A stretch of DNA of 62,342 nucleotides, the filler included, from Trypethelium eluteriae (Eukaryota): assembly GCA_051942245.1 (NCBI GenBank). It is 2 parts of 2 records of this genome, joined end to end, with 100 filler letters (N's around TTAATTAATTAA, not from the genome) between each part and the next. Parts side by side here need not be neighbours in the genome. Positions count along the whole stretch, not along the records: positions 31,251 to 62,342 come from JAVECL010000279.1; 1 more part is not named here. One strand, given 5' to 3'. A program made the translations under genes and the position numbers. Every line of letters starts with the position of its first letter. Positions within the stretch are counted from its first letter, which is position 1. The notes below the pieces were generated by a model. The model ran no database searches, had not been told where the DNA came from, and saw nothing but the letters and a program-made list of their open reading frames with translations. Of the stretch, positions 36,831 to 49,157 are shown piece by piece.

Positions 36831-36868
36831 GCCACCGCTTTGCCGCCGCTTTGCCGCCGCTTTGCCGC
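36831..36868. repeat. Short tandem repeat, about 3.5 copies of GCCGCCGCTTT
   Basis: gccaccgcttt gccgccgcttt gccgccgcttt gccgc. Confidence 0.85.
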
Positions 36869-38015
36869 AATTACCCTCTTCAACGGCCTTGATTCGGTTC
36901 CACCTGTCGCTGCAATCGATCAGTGATCACTAACGTAACTTTGATGAAACAGCCTTGATCGTGGTTCAACTCCCCCTCCATTTGTCTGGCTTTTCCTTCC
37001 TCACCTCACGAAACATCAGACGAAAGGAATGACTGGACGTCCCATTATCAGAGATCTGCCTAGTTCCTTCTGACGAGAGCGAGAAACCTCTAGCTCATCA
37101 ACGACATGCGTCGACTCCAGTTCCTAGACAGAGCTCCAAACCTTATGCAGGCATCGCGACACTAGAATGGGGTTCAGGGAGATCCGATTTCGATCCGAGT
37201 GCTAAATAAGACAATTCTAAACCATGGCACAAATCAAAGACAGGAATGATCACAAAAACACTGGAACGGAAAACGAATCCGAAGAGACTAGAAGGAGTGA
37301 CGATAGCAATCTTGGAGGGTGTCTTTGGAGATAGTTTGGTAAAGGATTTCTTCCCGCACCAAGTCTTGCCTTGATAGCCTCGGAGAGAGATGGATACTAG
37401 CTGATTCCTGTATGAACGCAAAAAGTCATTTCGGTCAATACCTGTAGCTTTTGGCTGTCCGTTGAGCGTTCTTCAGCTTCACCATCATGGGAACAGCTTT
37501 GGGTTGTGATGGGCCCATATTGGTTAGGAGGCCAAACTGGAAAACGTACCTGCGCGCAATAGGAAATGGGAAATCTCTAGGAAGATGGCTCGTCCTTGTC
37601 CCGGACCCAGGACTTGGGGGATGGCGGTGCCAGCCGACCTACGCGAAGAGAAGCCATGGGGCTCTTGAGAATTGAAAAGGTACTTTTCATGGTAGTATAG
37701 GAGATCTGGTAGATATATTTACATCGCACCCAATCGGCCAGTCCAATCAAATGCAACAGCGCCACCGCTTATGTTTCCTGATGACCAGGAAAGATACTCA
37801 GGACACCGCAGAGTTTTTTCGGTTCTTTCAATTTCCAGGGACGATTTTTATACGAACCACTTCAATACTTTTGACGGCGTTGCTGAAAGAGGTCACTGCT
37901 GCCCGCGAAGTAGTTGTCCATGCCATGATCACGTCTTGATTGTCTTGAAGCCATCGTAGTCGATGCTTTCGTGCGCACAAGACAAATGACACTCATCCAC
38001 ACGCATAACTTACAA

Positions 38016-40056
38016 TTAGCCCATCACCATACCCTTCAGACCAGCCATATCGCCCTCCTTGGCGGCAATTTCGAAATAGCTATAGATGATCCTATCATAG
38101 ACCTGAAGTCAGTTCATTATTCATGAAAGCAGACGAACCTGTTTTGGGAACAGGATGTGGGCGGGGATAGTCGAAGAAACGAATAACTTACGTGACCGCT
38201 AATAGAATTCCGGTTCCACTTCCAAGGGCACCGAGCAAATCGCTTGCAACACTGAGTGCACCGATACAGGCACCACCGAAAGCGGCTGCCGTAGGAATTA
38301 CCCTTTTAAGTTCCTTGTACATACTCTGCTCTCTGTGTCCCGCCATAACAAGTCCCTGCTCTTTAAGCTGTTTCGCAACATCTCTGGGTGCAGAGCCAGA
38401 CACTTCGATCCAGGTCTTGCTAAAGACGGCACACGCAATGAGCATGTAGACAACATAGACGGCAGTGTGGAGGGGATCTAAAAGTGCCGCAGTAAGAGAC
38501 AGAGGTGGCGACATGTAATACGCAACACCAGATGCGGCAAACAGCTGCGCGGATCCTTCCTTTGGCTCCCAGACACCGATAAGACGGACAAGGAGGTTCT
38601 CGGGGAAACGAGTGAAGAGCATTTGAGATACGAGGAAGATGTTGGAAGAGAGGGCGGACTGAAGCATGATCGGCATATTGGAGGTGTAGAATAGACGAAC
38701 GGGGTACGAGCCGCGCATGCCCCGTTGGCGAGAGGATTTGACGGGAATTTCAACGCGGAAGCCCTGAAGGTAGATTACAGCCGCAAAAACAAGGACAGTC
38801 GAGAGGAGGTTCATGATGTTGGGCAAGTTTTGACGGTAGAAGGCTTCACGGAGGGCAAGCTGTTTGTTCGGCCAGGTTATGAGAAGGTGGAATAGGGCAA
38901 TTACAGCGCCTTCGAATTCAGGACCACGTCCAGTGTTGATAGTTGTGGGCGAGAAAGCTTTCCAGATGATAGACTCGCAGATGTTTGTAGCGATAAAAAG
39001 GGAGATACCGGATCCGAGACCGTAACCCTTTTGAAGAAGTTCATCAAGGAGAATGACAATGAGACCGGCGACCACAAGTTGCACGACGAGTAGGACACAA
39101 ACGCCGGCGCCAAGATCGGAAGGTTGGCCGTAGAGGCCGGTCAGGACGTAAACACAAGCCTGGCCGAAGGAGAGAATGATGGCGAGGACTGAAATGAGTT
39201 GATTAGCAGAAAAATAGTCTATAAGTGGTGGCTTGGCACTTACGCTTCTGCGCCGTCTGGTACAGCTCGCGATCAGTTTTGAGGTCCAAATTTACCTGTG
39301 TAATCTTTAGCACTGCTCACTCATTGTTCCCAAAGTTCTGTGCCGTACATCAATCAAATGAGTACCGGCTAGAAGCTGAAAGACCATTCCAGAAGAGATG
39401 ATGGGCGTGATTCCAAGTTCCATTAGAGTTCCTCGATTACTCGCCAACATCATTCGAAGCCAGTACAGTGGATCAGAGGTATCTGACGAGACGATGCCAT
39501 ACTATTTGTTCCTGATTAGACTTGATCCTGATTTGACATCCATCAAGGTTCTCACAAGAGGCATTTGGCTCATGACTAAGAAGATCAACAGCGTGACCTG
39601 CATAGCACCTTAGCGTTTTGTTTATTTCTTGATATACCGCCCAGCGGATCAAGGTAGGATATGCAATAATGCTCACCCCGGTCCACATGAGCCTCTGCTG
39701 AAATGGTGTCCGGGTCTCCGGCGAGGAGACCTCCGGTAGTAAAGGGAGAAAGGGCTTGACAAGGTCGAGAAAGCGTACTGTAAAGCCAAAAGTTAGTGGG
39801 CGTTCGGAACAGGGTAACGTGTGTGCTTCGTAGTATCATTGGTAGCTGAAGAGCCTCTCATGAAATGCGCAAACAGCAAACTCAGGTAGAAACACCTACG
39901 CCCTCTAAAGGGGAGGTGTTTGTTCAGTATGATACCGTTGAGCAGAGCGAACTACCACCGCGCAGGGGAGGATGTTCATATACTCAATAGCTCTCCATTG
40001 AGCAAAGAGCGTTTCGTTTGGAGTAAAATGAGGGGGATGAACTTACGGCTCGACAT
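38016..40056 (-). CDS. SEC61: Protein translocon Sec61 alpha subunit; multi-exon
   Basis: [97 protein letters not shown] and C-terminal GLKGMVMG*. Confidence 0.98.
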
Positions 40057-40374
40057 CTTGGCAGCTGCTGAGCCTTGCAAAGAACGGTGGAAAGGGAGCG
40101 GCGATGGTAATGAAGAGGTTGGTGGAAATGGGGGGAAAATATCGGAATACGGAGGTGTGAGGACAGTTGGAGGATTAAGGTGGTTCTTCGCCAGCATCGC
40201 CCGCCTAAACCCAATTCGATCAGATTTGATTTCCCAGCCAGGGTTTACACATGGAACACCAAAGACGGCATCATGATTTTGCTCAATGCTTTCCCCTCTA
40301 GCCTGCTGATTTCCTCCGCTGCAGGCCTCTGAGCCTGACCGGCTTCGATTCTCCTTGGACACTTTCACCCGACA

Positions 40375-43300
40375 ATGTCTCGCAATCCGTATGCCTTGAA
40401 TGGCAATGGCAATGGCAATGGAGATTACCGCAACGGGTACAACGACTCGGACCCTTACCTTTCCAGTCGAGTCGGACAATTGAGGGACCCGAGCAACGAT
40501 AGTAGTAGCCGAAGCCGTGAGAGAGCAGAAGAACAACCCTCGAGAAGAGCCGGACGTCCTGGGGGCTATGGAGGTTATGGCGGGTTCGGCGACATCCGAA
40601 ATTATCAACCTTCGCCGGTGGGCAAGCCAGCTGAGCTGGAAAGACGACGTGCAAATAGAAGGAGCGGAGATAAGGATAAATGGAACAACAGCAGAAGCAG
40701 GAGCCGGCCCGAAGGAAGTCCTGGTGTGGGTGACGGGACGAGGCAGATGGAGGATGTCCTGGGCTACATCGACAGACAGTGGGCTTTCATGACGGAGCGG
40801 GAGTGCGTGCCTGTTCAAATTGCACTCAAACTGCTGGATACGAGTTCTCTCGGTCTTGCTAACCAATACGGACAATTCAAAGACACGAATCAGCAGCTAC
40901 ACGATGCGCTGAAGACGATTGTGAACGAACACCACCAAGGCTTCAATAGCTCCATTGGGACTTTTCACAAAATTCAATCCAGCATTCAGGCTTCTCAAGC
41001 TCGTGTTCGAGATCTCAAAGAATCTCTCGTCCAGGCTCGATTCAACTTGTCTACCACGAAGCCTGAGCTAAAGGGCTTTGCGACTACATCTCAAAATTAT
41101 GACGATATGCTTCAGCTGCTTGCCTTGATAGAGGAAGTACAATTAGTGCCGGAAAAATTGGAGGGTAGAATATCTGAAAAACGATTTATTAGCGCTGTAG
41201 AGGTGCTTCAAGACGCCCTCAGACTTATACGACGATCTGATATGGAGAATATTGGAGCTTTGAGTGACCTCAGGGTTTATCTCAGCAATCAAGAGCATTC
41301 GCTGACTGACATTCTGATCGAAGAGCTGCATAGCCATCTCTATTTAAAATCACCTTATTGCGAAAACCGATGGAAGGTGCATACCCAAGCACAGTCGAAA
41401 GGTGGCGGATCTGATGCTCCATCATCAATTTTGGATTCTGGCCGGAGACACTTGTATGAGTTTCTGGACGGTTTAGACACTTCGGCACACATGACAGAAG
41501 ATGTCAATCGCAATCCAGAGGCCGACACTTTTCGCTATATCCAGCTCATTCTTGAGTCACTAAACAAAATGGGTCGGCTGGAGACTGCTATGGAGAGTAT
41601 TGAGCAGCGAATGCCCGTCGAGCTATTCAGAATAGTAGAAAAGTCCAATACCGAAGTTGATCAAAGGCATCCAAGTAGTCTTCGAGGCTTCACGTCTACC
41701 CAACAGGTTGGCATCGAAATCATCACATCAGGTACAGATGCAAGGTCAAGAGTGTTACGAGATCTCTTATGGACCATTTATACAAAATTCGAGGCCATCG
41801 CAGAAGGCCACCGAGCTGTACACGATATTGTCGCTGGGATTTCTAGGCGAGATGGTTTCGGGGATACCGCAAGTATGACAGGCAACTTCAAAGAACTTTG
41901 GAAGCTATATCAAAATGAGGTAGGCAGAGCCCATTGCATATCACTCGATCTTCTAGTATACTCACATAAAACTGGACAGATCAAATCCCTGCTTCATGAT
42001 TATCTCGCAACAGATGGCGGCTATGGTGCAGGTACTAGTGGCGAACGAGGCGGAAGCGTCTTCCAACGAAGTCAACGCGATAGAGCAAAGGTAAGGTTTA
42101 TGGCATTTGATCTTCGTTTCGATTCTGACTCGATGACAGAAGATGTTCAAGCTTGCGGACCTAGATGACAAAGCCACCGAACTTGCAACGGAGAGAGAGG
42201 ATCTTGAAGCTATTCTCAAATCATCTGTTCCAGGTCTTGTCTCTGATTCTAGAAAGCAGGATGGTGTCGTCTCCACCGATACCAACACTCTTCAAGATGG
42301 ATCTGCCACTGGTCACAAGCTCCTCATAGATCCGACCGTCTTCAACATGGGTGTTCTTCTTCCGCCATCCCTTACATTCCTCGATCGTCTCAAAGAAATC
42401 GTTCCCCCCGGCCCAGATATTATCATGAGCACGCTGACTTCCTTCCTCGACGACTTCCTTGTAAATGTCTTCCAACCACAACTTGATGAAACACTGATGG
42501 ATCTGTGCGCTCAAATTTTCGTTGAACTCGATGCCTTTCAGACGGACGCCCAATGGGAATCCTATGCCCAGAAACCTATCTTCAAGGGGACTATCCGATT
42601 TTATAATCTTGTGTCTGCAGTATGCACCATGCTGAGCAGCCTACCGCACGATCAAGCTTTTAGCCAGCTAATTATCACACAAATGAGCACATATTTCGAC
42701 AAATGCCGGGGCTGGTTCAAAGCCATGGTCTCGCGTCCGCAATTCCAAGGTGGCGGAGGTCGTACGCTCAAGGCTGCTGCCTTTTTCGCTGAATCAGGCG
42801 ACTTATCCGATGTTGTTTCTGCTCTATCCGATCCTTCTCTCGACGGGGCTGCATTTCAGCAGCTTATCGACAAAGAAGTCGAGCACTTGATTTTATCTAC
42901 TCGTGAACGCCCTCTTGAAGATTCCGACCTCGTTTCCGATCGCAAGAATATTGCCGCCCTCTGCCTCCTCTACACTTCTATGAAATGGCTCGGCGCGCGT
43001 GCCAAGTCACTACGCTACATATCTCATCGCGCAGTCGACAGCTCACGTAGCACGTCTCGTTCAGGTCCGAAACGCCGCTGGACAGCGCTTGGCTCATCGG
43101 AAAATTCTCCTATCTCCGACCTCGACGACCGCTCCGCATATCTCCCGCTAAACCCCGAGACCGCTCAGATCTTCGACAGCGTCGTGAACAACTACCACTA
43201 CCTCGCCGATCTCGTCCTCCGCACCCTCCACCTCGAACTCCGCGTCCACACCCTCCACCACCTTACCTCCTCCCTCGCCGGCGCCTACGCCCTATCCTCC

Positions 43301-43813
43301 CCCGTCGGCGAGCCCGACCCCGGCATCCTCACCCTGAACGCCGACCTCAACGGTTTCGACGAGGAACTCAGCACCTACTTCCGCCTCCCCCAGCGCCGCT
43401 TCGTCACCACAGGGCTCGGCGTCCTCATGGATGCCCTCCTGCTGCACGCCGCCGCCCGTGTCAACACGATGAACGAGCACGGTTGTGGCCGCATGCAGCT
43501 CGACATCCTCGTCCTGCAGCAGAACCTCAAGAATATCGAGCCCGCTGCGAGTCTGCACCGGAGTGCCGAGTTCTTCGCGCTGTTCAGCCAGGGCCCGGAT
43601 GCGGTGGTGGGCCGGGCGAAGGAGGCGCAGGCGGCGAGGGAGAAGGGGGAGGAGTTGGGCGCAGTGGTATTCTCGTATGATGAGATGAAAGTGTTAGTGG
43701 AGTTGTGCTATTCGGAGGCCGTGAGGGGAGACAAGAGAGATGTGGCTGTGAGTGCGAAGAGGGCGATGGATGATCATTTGTTGCAGTTGAGTGAGTACAT
43801 GTGGCAGACGTGA
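40375..43813 (+). CDS. SEC8: Exocyst complex component Sec8; 3 exons (introns 41920-41979, 42091-42139)
   Basis: CVPVQIAL, IVNEHHQGFNSSIGTFHKI, LIEELHSHLYLKSPY, NPEADTF, FLDDFLVNVF and MQLDILVLQQNLKNI. Confidence 0.95.
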
Positions 43814-44740
43814 TGATGGTGATCTTCTAGAAAGCCAGACGTGGCACACGGAGTTCTGGAGGCGAGCATTTTCTTGATTTTGAGACTTTATGCATCGTTG
43901 ATCATACGGAAGTGCATTTGTAGTGGTGTTCCATGGGATGTAGCAATAGCTATTACGATTACATGTTCAAACTCTGATAGTCCTCTTCGAAAGAGTGAGA
44001 TCCGGTGACTTGGGAGATGGACTTTGGCATCCTGCTTCACTATCCACCGCAAATTGGCCTTGCTCTTATGAATGCGTAGCCCATGTCAGGAGTCGGGCAA
44101 TCCCTCGTTCTATCCCATTTCCAAGCAAAGCAAGCCACCAATCCAGAATCCCCTGGAAAGCCAGATACACACCAATGAAAGATATCAAAGCATTCCTAAA
44201 CTCCTCTCATCGGTCAACATCCAGTTTTTCTCTGAACCACTATCCCTTCCCTACTCTAAGCTAACCCACTCGTCCCTACTCGTCGACCCATTGACACGGT
44301 ATTTTCGTTGCTGGTGTCAGCGGCTCCAGGAAATCCCACGGGACCGATGCCAGATACGATTGCGCCTTAAAACGTAGGAATTGTGGCGGGAAACGGGGGC
44401 AGCGCCGGCTGAAAACATGGGGTTCTGGGATGACAGTGTTGACAGAGGTCGGAAGGATTGAGCGCAAGCATCGAGCCTAGGGCACGTACTTATTTAGTGA
44501 ATAGTAGCAGAGATAAAGGAAGGAGGATTAAGAGGAAGAGCGAGGATGGCGAATAAGGACGAGGGCTGGCGGAGGAAGGAGTATATCTGGTCAGTGATGA
44601 TAGACATATATGTCACAGTGCATATAAGGGTTATGCGAATATAAAGATGCATATATTGTAGGCGTCAAAGGGCCTCGTCGTATAAGGTATAGAGTATTAG
44701 TATATGATCAATCGTGTTGGGTTCGCGTGTACGGAGTCGA

Positions 44741-46673
44741 TCATTTCCCGTACTGAAAGTTGCCAAAGACACCACCGGCTCCACCACCTGAGGTCATTGT
44801 GCCAAATCCTGCACCGCCACCTGCGTGGTGTCCCTGAGGTCCGGGCGTCCCACCATGCCCTACCAGTCCAGGATGGTTCGTCGTCGGCGTGCTAGGCGCA
44901 CCGCTGACTTCACTACGATGCGTCGCTGGTGTGCCGCCCGTATGGTATCCTATCGGCCCACTCCCATCATTCGTCGAACCGCGACCGCCTTGCCCGTGTT
45001 GTTGGGCAGCGAGAGCAGCAGCTTGGGAAGAGGCTGAGGCGGGGGGAGGAACGCCATTGAGGCCCCACATCTGGTTCTTGTATTCTTCGGGTGGGTTGCC
45101 ATCGAAAATCTTGGATCGCATGGCCCAGAAGACCATGCCTGTGAGCCAGGCGTCAGAGCCAGCAGAGTGCGGAATACCTATGCGGTGACAACCGAGTTCA
45201 TCGGCAAGGTCTTGAAGGGACGATTTAGTACCGAGGTTGTTGAATATATTGACGGCTTGAGGCGACAGCGGTGTTTGCGATCCAATAGCTGACTGTGGAG
45301 AGAAGGAGCTGCGGTTATTCCCTTGTTGGTCCTGGACAATGCGCTGGGCCTGACGCTGGAGAAATTTGGTATCCCAGAGATTGGGAAAGAATTTTTTGAC
45401 GAGCTCATAAAATTCGTCCTCCTCGCCGGGAAGTGGTTTGCACCACATGAGTTTGACAAGGTAGGCAACATCGTATCCGGAGTGAAATGAGATCCAATGT
45501 ACATCATCGTTAGAGACGAGACCGGATGTAATGAGGAGGGAGGCGAAGTCATTTGGATCAATACCCTCACTCTTGCAACGATTGACATCTAATCCAGCTT
45601 TCGCAAGGACTTCAATGGATTCTTCGTTGGCCATGTCACCATCTTGGTCGAACTGGAAATTGAATTGCCACGTGCATGGACACAACTTGGATTGAGTCGA
45701 AAAGCCTTGTCTTTCTGATGAGAGTCCGGATATTGCTTGAGGGGGTGCTACCTCACCCTCTGGGGACCAGAGCGTGATGCCTAGCTGTATTATCTTCAGC
45801 AGATCGGCGTTGCATCGTAATGTTTGATAGTGGTAGTCTGATTTTGTGGGGAAATGGCCCATTGGCCTTGCAACGACACCTGGGAATTCCGTATCCTACG
45901 TGTTGTTAGCAGCGGCCATCACTCATCAAGTTCGAGCTGCGCTACATTGTCAAGCTCAAGTCTTCTTTTGCTTTTCAACGGGGACTGTCGACAAATCTTC
46001 TCTCGTCTGAAAGGGCTGAGACATAAGACTGACTCACCATACTAATATAAGTATATCGATGCACCAACTGCCTCAAAGTCTCAAACTCCGAGTGCAAGTT
46101 ATGTTTCCACACGTCTCGTATTCTTGAATGTACACCCTTCTGCTGCCCTCCAGCGGTCACTGCCGAGTTGAACGCTGCCTGCTCCTGTAAATTCGCGCCA
46201 TGCTGATATGCCAATTGTGCTTCTCTTGACGCCAGGCCCATGCCACCCGTACTCCCCATGTTCCCTCCTCCACCAACAAGATTCCCTCCGCCCAGTCCTC
46301 CACCTAGTGCACCGCCGAGACCACCTCCTCCAGCACCTCCGCCTGCTCCACCTCCTCCTCCACCTAAAGCCCCACCGCCTGCTCCTCCAGCGCCACCAGC
46401 GCCGCCACCCATAAATCCACTTCGCAGTCCGACATTTCCCCCACTGGCAATGCTGAATGGGTTGACGGCATTGTTAGGTGATGCGGCGAAAGCAGGATGG
46501 CCACCGCCGAGATTTGCATGAACTTGAGGATTTTGATGGTGTGGGAGGTGTGAGGTTTGTGGGAGGCCGCCTTGTTGAGCTTGAGGTTGTTGTTGTCCTT
46601 GACCAGCCGGGGTGATATGAGCGAATGGGTTGGAGAGATGGTTGGGGCCAAAGCGGTTCACTGCTGGTGGCAT
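44741..46673 (-). CDS. CAF1: CCR4-NOT deadenylase subunit Caf1/Pop2 (CNOT7); 2 exons (intron 46037-45896); Gly-rich N-terminus
   Basis: RIRDVW, YISM|DTEFPGVVARP, YQTLRCN-DLLKIIQLG, TWQFNF, WISFHSGYD and HSAGSDAWLT (DEDD nuclease). Confidence 0.96.
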
Positions 46674-47123
46674 GATGAGAGGTGAGTCAAGGAATTGCTA
46701 GTGCCTAGCTTGGATATCATAGGAGGTGTGTGTTTGCAGGCTGTGAATAAAGATAGATGTAGCGACTAGTGATGATCTGAAAGTTTGACTGATTGTAGAG
46801 CTGCGCCTTTGAATAGCAAGGTAATACAGGATGCAGAGATCTGTTGTGGGAGAAGAAGCGTACGGTGGGTGAGTGAGCAGGTGGGTCGCTATTGAAATGT
46901 GGATCGAGGAGAAAGTGTACTGGACTGGGCTGGGTCTGCCGAAAAGGTGAGGTTGAAGCTTTCCGCGCAAGCGGCCCAGAGCATCTGCACCTCCTCCAAT
47001 TTACACGCGCCCCAAAACAATTGGCCACAAATCAATACTAGGGGAAGATTACTACATAGGTCAGCTCGTCTCGCCTGCAGATATTGACAAGGCGAGAGCT
47101 CATCAATTCGCGTTAGTCCAATC

Positions 47124-47447
47124 ATGCCCCCTCGAACAAGTATCACTGGCTTCGACCGGGCCAAATTTGTCGCTGCTGGTGGAGCACCCAGAAATGATCC
47201 TTGGTGGAGAAAGTGAGTCTCGGTTCTTTTCAGTATCTCAATTGTGGCTCTCTTCAAGCTCTAAAACTTATCTCCTAAACTTTTCAGTGAGCAATGGCGG
47301 TATAGTGGTCCCTTCACGCGCTGGAATCGCTTCAAAGGCGCCTTTCCCGGTCTCGGCCTTGCAACAGGCGCTTTTATCATCTACTTAGCCTACGATGCGG
47401 TTGTCGCAAGACCAGATCATAGCCATGCCGAAAGTGGACACCATTGA
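47124..47447 (+). CDS. NDUFB3: NADH:ubiquinone oxidoreductase B12 subunit (82 aa); exons 47124-47212, 47288-47447
   Basis: Spliced MPPRTSITGFDRAKF...DPWWRNEQWRYSGPFTRWNRFKGAFPGLGLATGAFIIYLAY...GHH*; absent from the ORF track. Confidence 0.92.
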
Positions 47448-48164
47448 GAAGTAGACGAGGACGGTGGACAACATGAGCATGAAGAACGGCGTTTGGGCGC
47501 GACGAGGAGAAAATCATCAATCTTTGTATATATTGGGCAAAGAAATGTAGATTGGGACAATGTCTTCTATCAAAAAGCTATATATCTGTGTGGCTTGAAT
47601 GGCAAGAGGTTTGGCAAGTACACTGCAATGGATTTCGTGTCCCAGTTTTTACTGATCGACTTGGTGATCACGATGCGTTCTAATAGAGGACTTGGAACTA
47701 AAAATAACGAGCGCATATGACTATTTGAGCTCGTCGGCTGCTCAGGCTGACGTGGGACCCATCAGTGCGGAGCAGGAAGGAGATAAGACACAACTCCAAG
47801 GAGCACTACAAATAGCAGAAAACTGATCAAGCAAAATCCTACGCAACCCCAAATAATATCTACTCAATAGACTACAGAACTCGTCCAATCCGTTCGGAAT
47901 ATCGCACGGAAACGTGCAACCAGGACAGAACGACTAAGTCGTGCGAGAGGTAAAAAAGAACCCTGCATCTCCACTCCTCTCTCCATCTTCGTCTTCGATA
48001 CATTCACTTAAATCTCGTACAAAACTGGCTGTCTGAACTTGAAGCTCCCAAATTGCCATCGTATAAATTGCCATCTTTTCTTTTTGTTCTGACAATGGGC
48101 GACATTACATCGGGTGGTGGCGCTAATCAATATTGGATGTCCCTGCTGTTGTGGTGCACTGCCT

Positions 48165-49157
48165 TTACTGGCCATGAGGTTTCTCTGCAGTGGCGCGATC
48201 AGCCCGTGAGCGAAGGCCGGAGGAGGTGGATCCACTACCTGTAAAGAAACGAGCAAAGACTGGCTGGATCAAGGAGCGGAAGATGACTTGTGCGCCGCTA
48301 AAACATGTTTATTAGCTTATCTAGGATGTGAGAAATCACGATACAGCAGTGGGTGCGCTTACGCAGTCTGAGGAAGAGCCATCCATAGGACCAGAACGAA
48401 CTTGAAAGTATAGTAGAAGGCTAGCTTGTTAGTGTCTTGGAAGAGTAGTGAATGTTGGCTGTAGCTTACGGAACCAGTAAGTAGCGCTGATAGCACTCTC
48501 GAAGACGCTACGAAAGATTAGCATCGATATCATCGATGTTGAAAGCGAAACCTCAAGAGAGACATACGTCAAAAAGGCATAGACAACCCAGTACTGGAGA
48601 TGAATATTAGTCACGTGCTGAAGCTTGGTACCAGCGGAATCAATCAGGTAGTAGACGTACGGTTAACCACTACGTAACACGTCAGCGAGATCGCTCCCTA
48701 GAAGAATCCTAATGTCTTCACTGAATGGAAGAAGTAGTAGTCCAATATCACTCACCTGAGTATCGTCGGCCTTGCCGGATGTGAAGAGAGCCTCAAGCGA
48801 GTAGTACCCGGGGATGATGAAGCCAGCAACGTTTACAAGGAATGCGCTACCGAGGTTGAAGATGATAAGGAACAAATAGATAGCTGCAAGGCCAAGGATA
48901 GCATAGACTTTGGGAACCGAGGTTTGCTTCTCAAGGTTGTTAAGCGCTGGGTATTTCGACAGCTATCATCCAGCGTCAGTATCATTAGTGTCTGGCGATA
49001 ATCATAACGCAGGCAACAGCAACAAGTCGACATTTGATATGGGAGGAGACCAGGGTCAAGAATAGGCAATCCATTGGATTCATACCTCCTTATCAAGCTG
49101 AGAGATTTGGTGCTGGATCTGCTCGGGGTACGAGGCTCCCCCTTGTTGACCAGACAT
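48165..49157 (-). CDS. YOP1: Yop1/DP1 (REEP family) ER-shaping protein; 7 exons including a 9-nt microexon
   Basis: QLDKE|LSKYPALNNLEKQTSVPKVY...PGYYSL...DDTQ|WLT|YWVVYAFLT|VFES...YWFP|FYYTFKF...LPQTA|GAQVIF...*. Confidence 0.95.

Noticed and set aside
36831..36868. Tandem repeat as a CRISPR-like or telomere-like array
   Set aside because: No spacers, only about 3.5 units, eukaryotic context; a simple minisatellite.
36955..36980. GGTTCAACTCC resembling a tRNA T-loop/B-box
   Set aside because: The T-stem does not pair and no D-arm or acceptor stem is found upstream.
39976..40875. 299-aa minus-strand ORF overlapping the SEC8 5' end and the shared promoter
   Set aside because: Antisense shadow of SEC8 running into SEC61 exon 1 and intron; no recognisable motifs.
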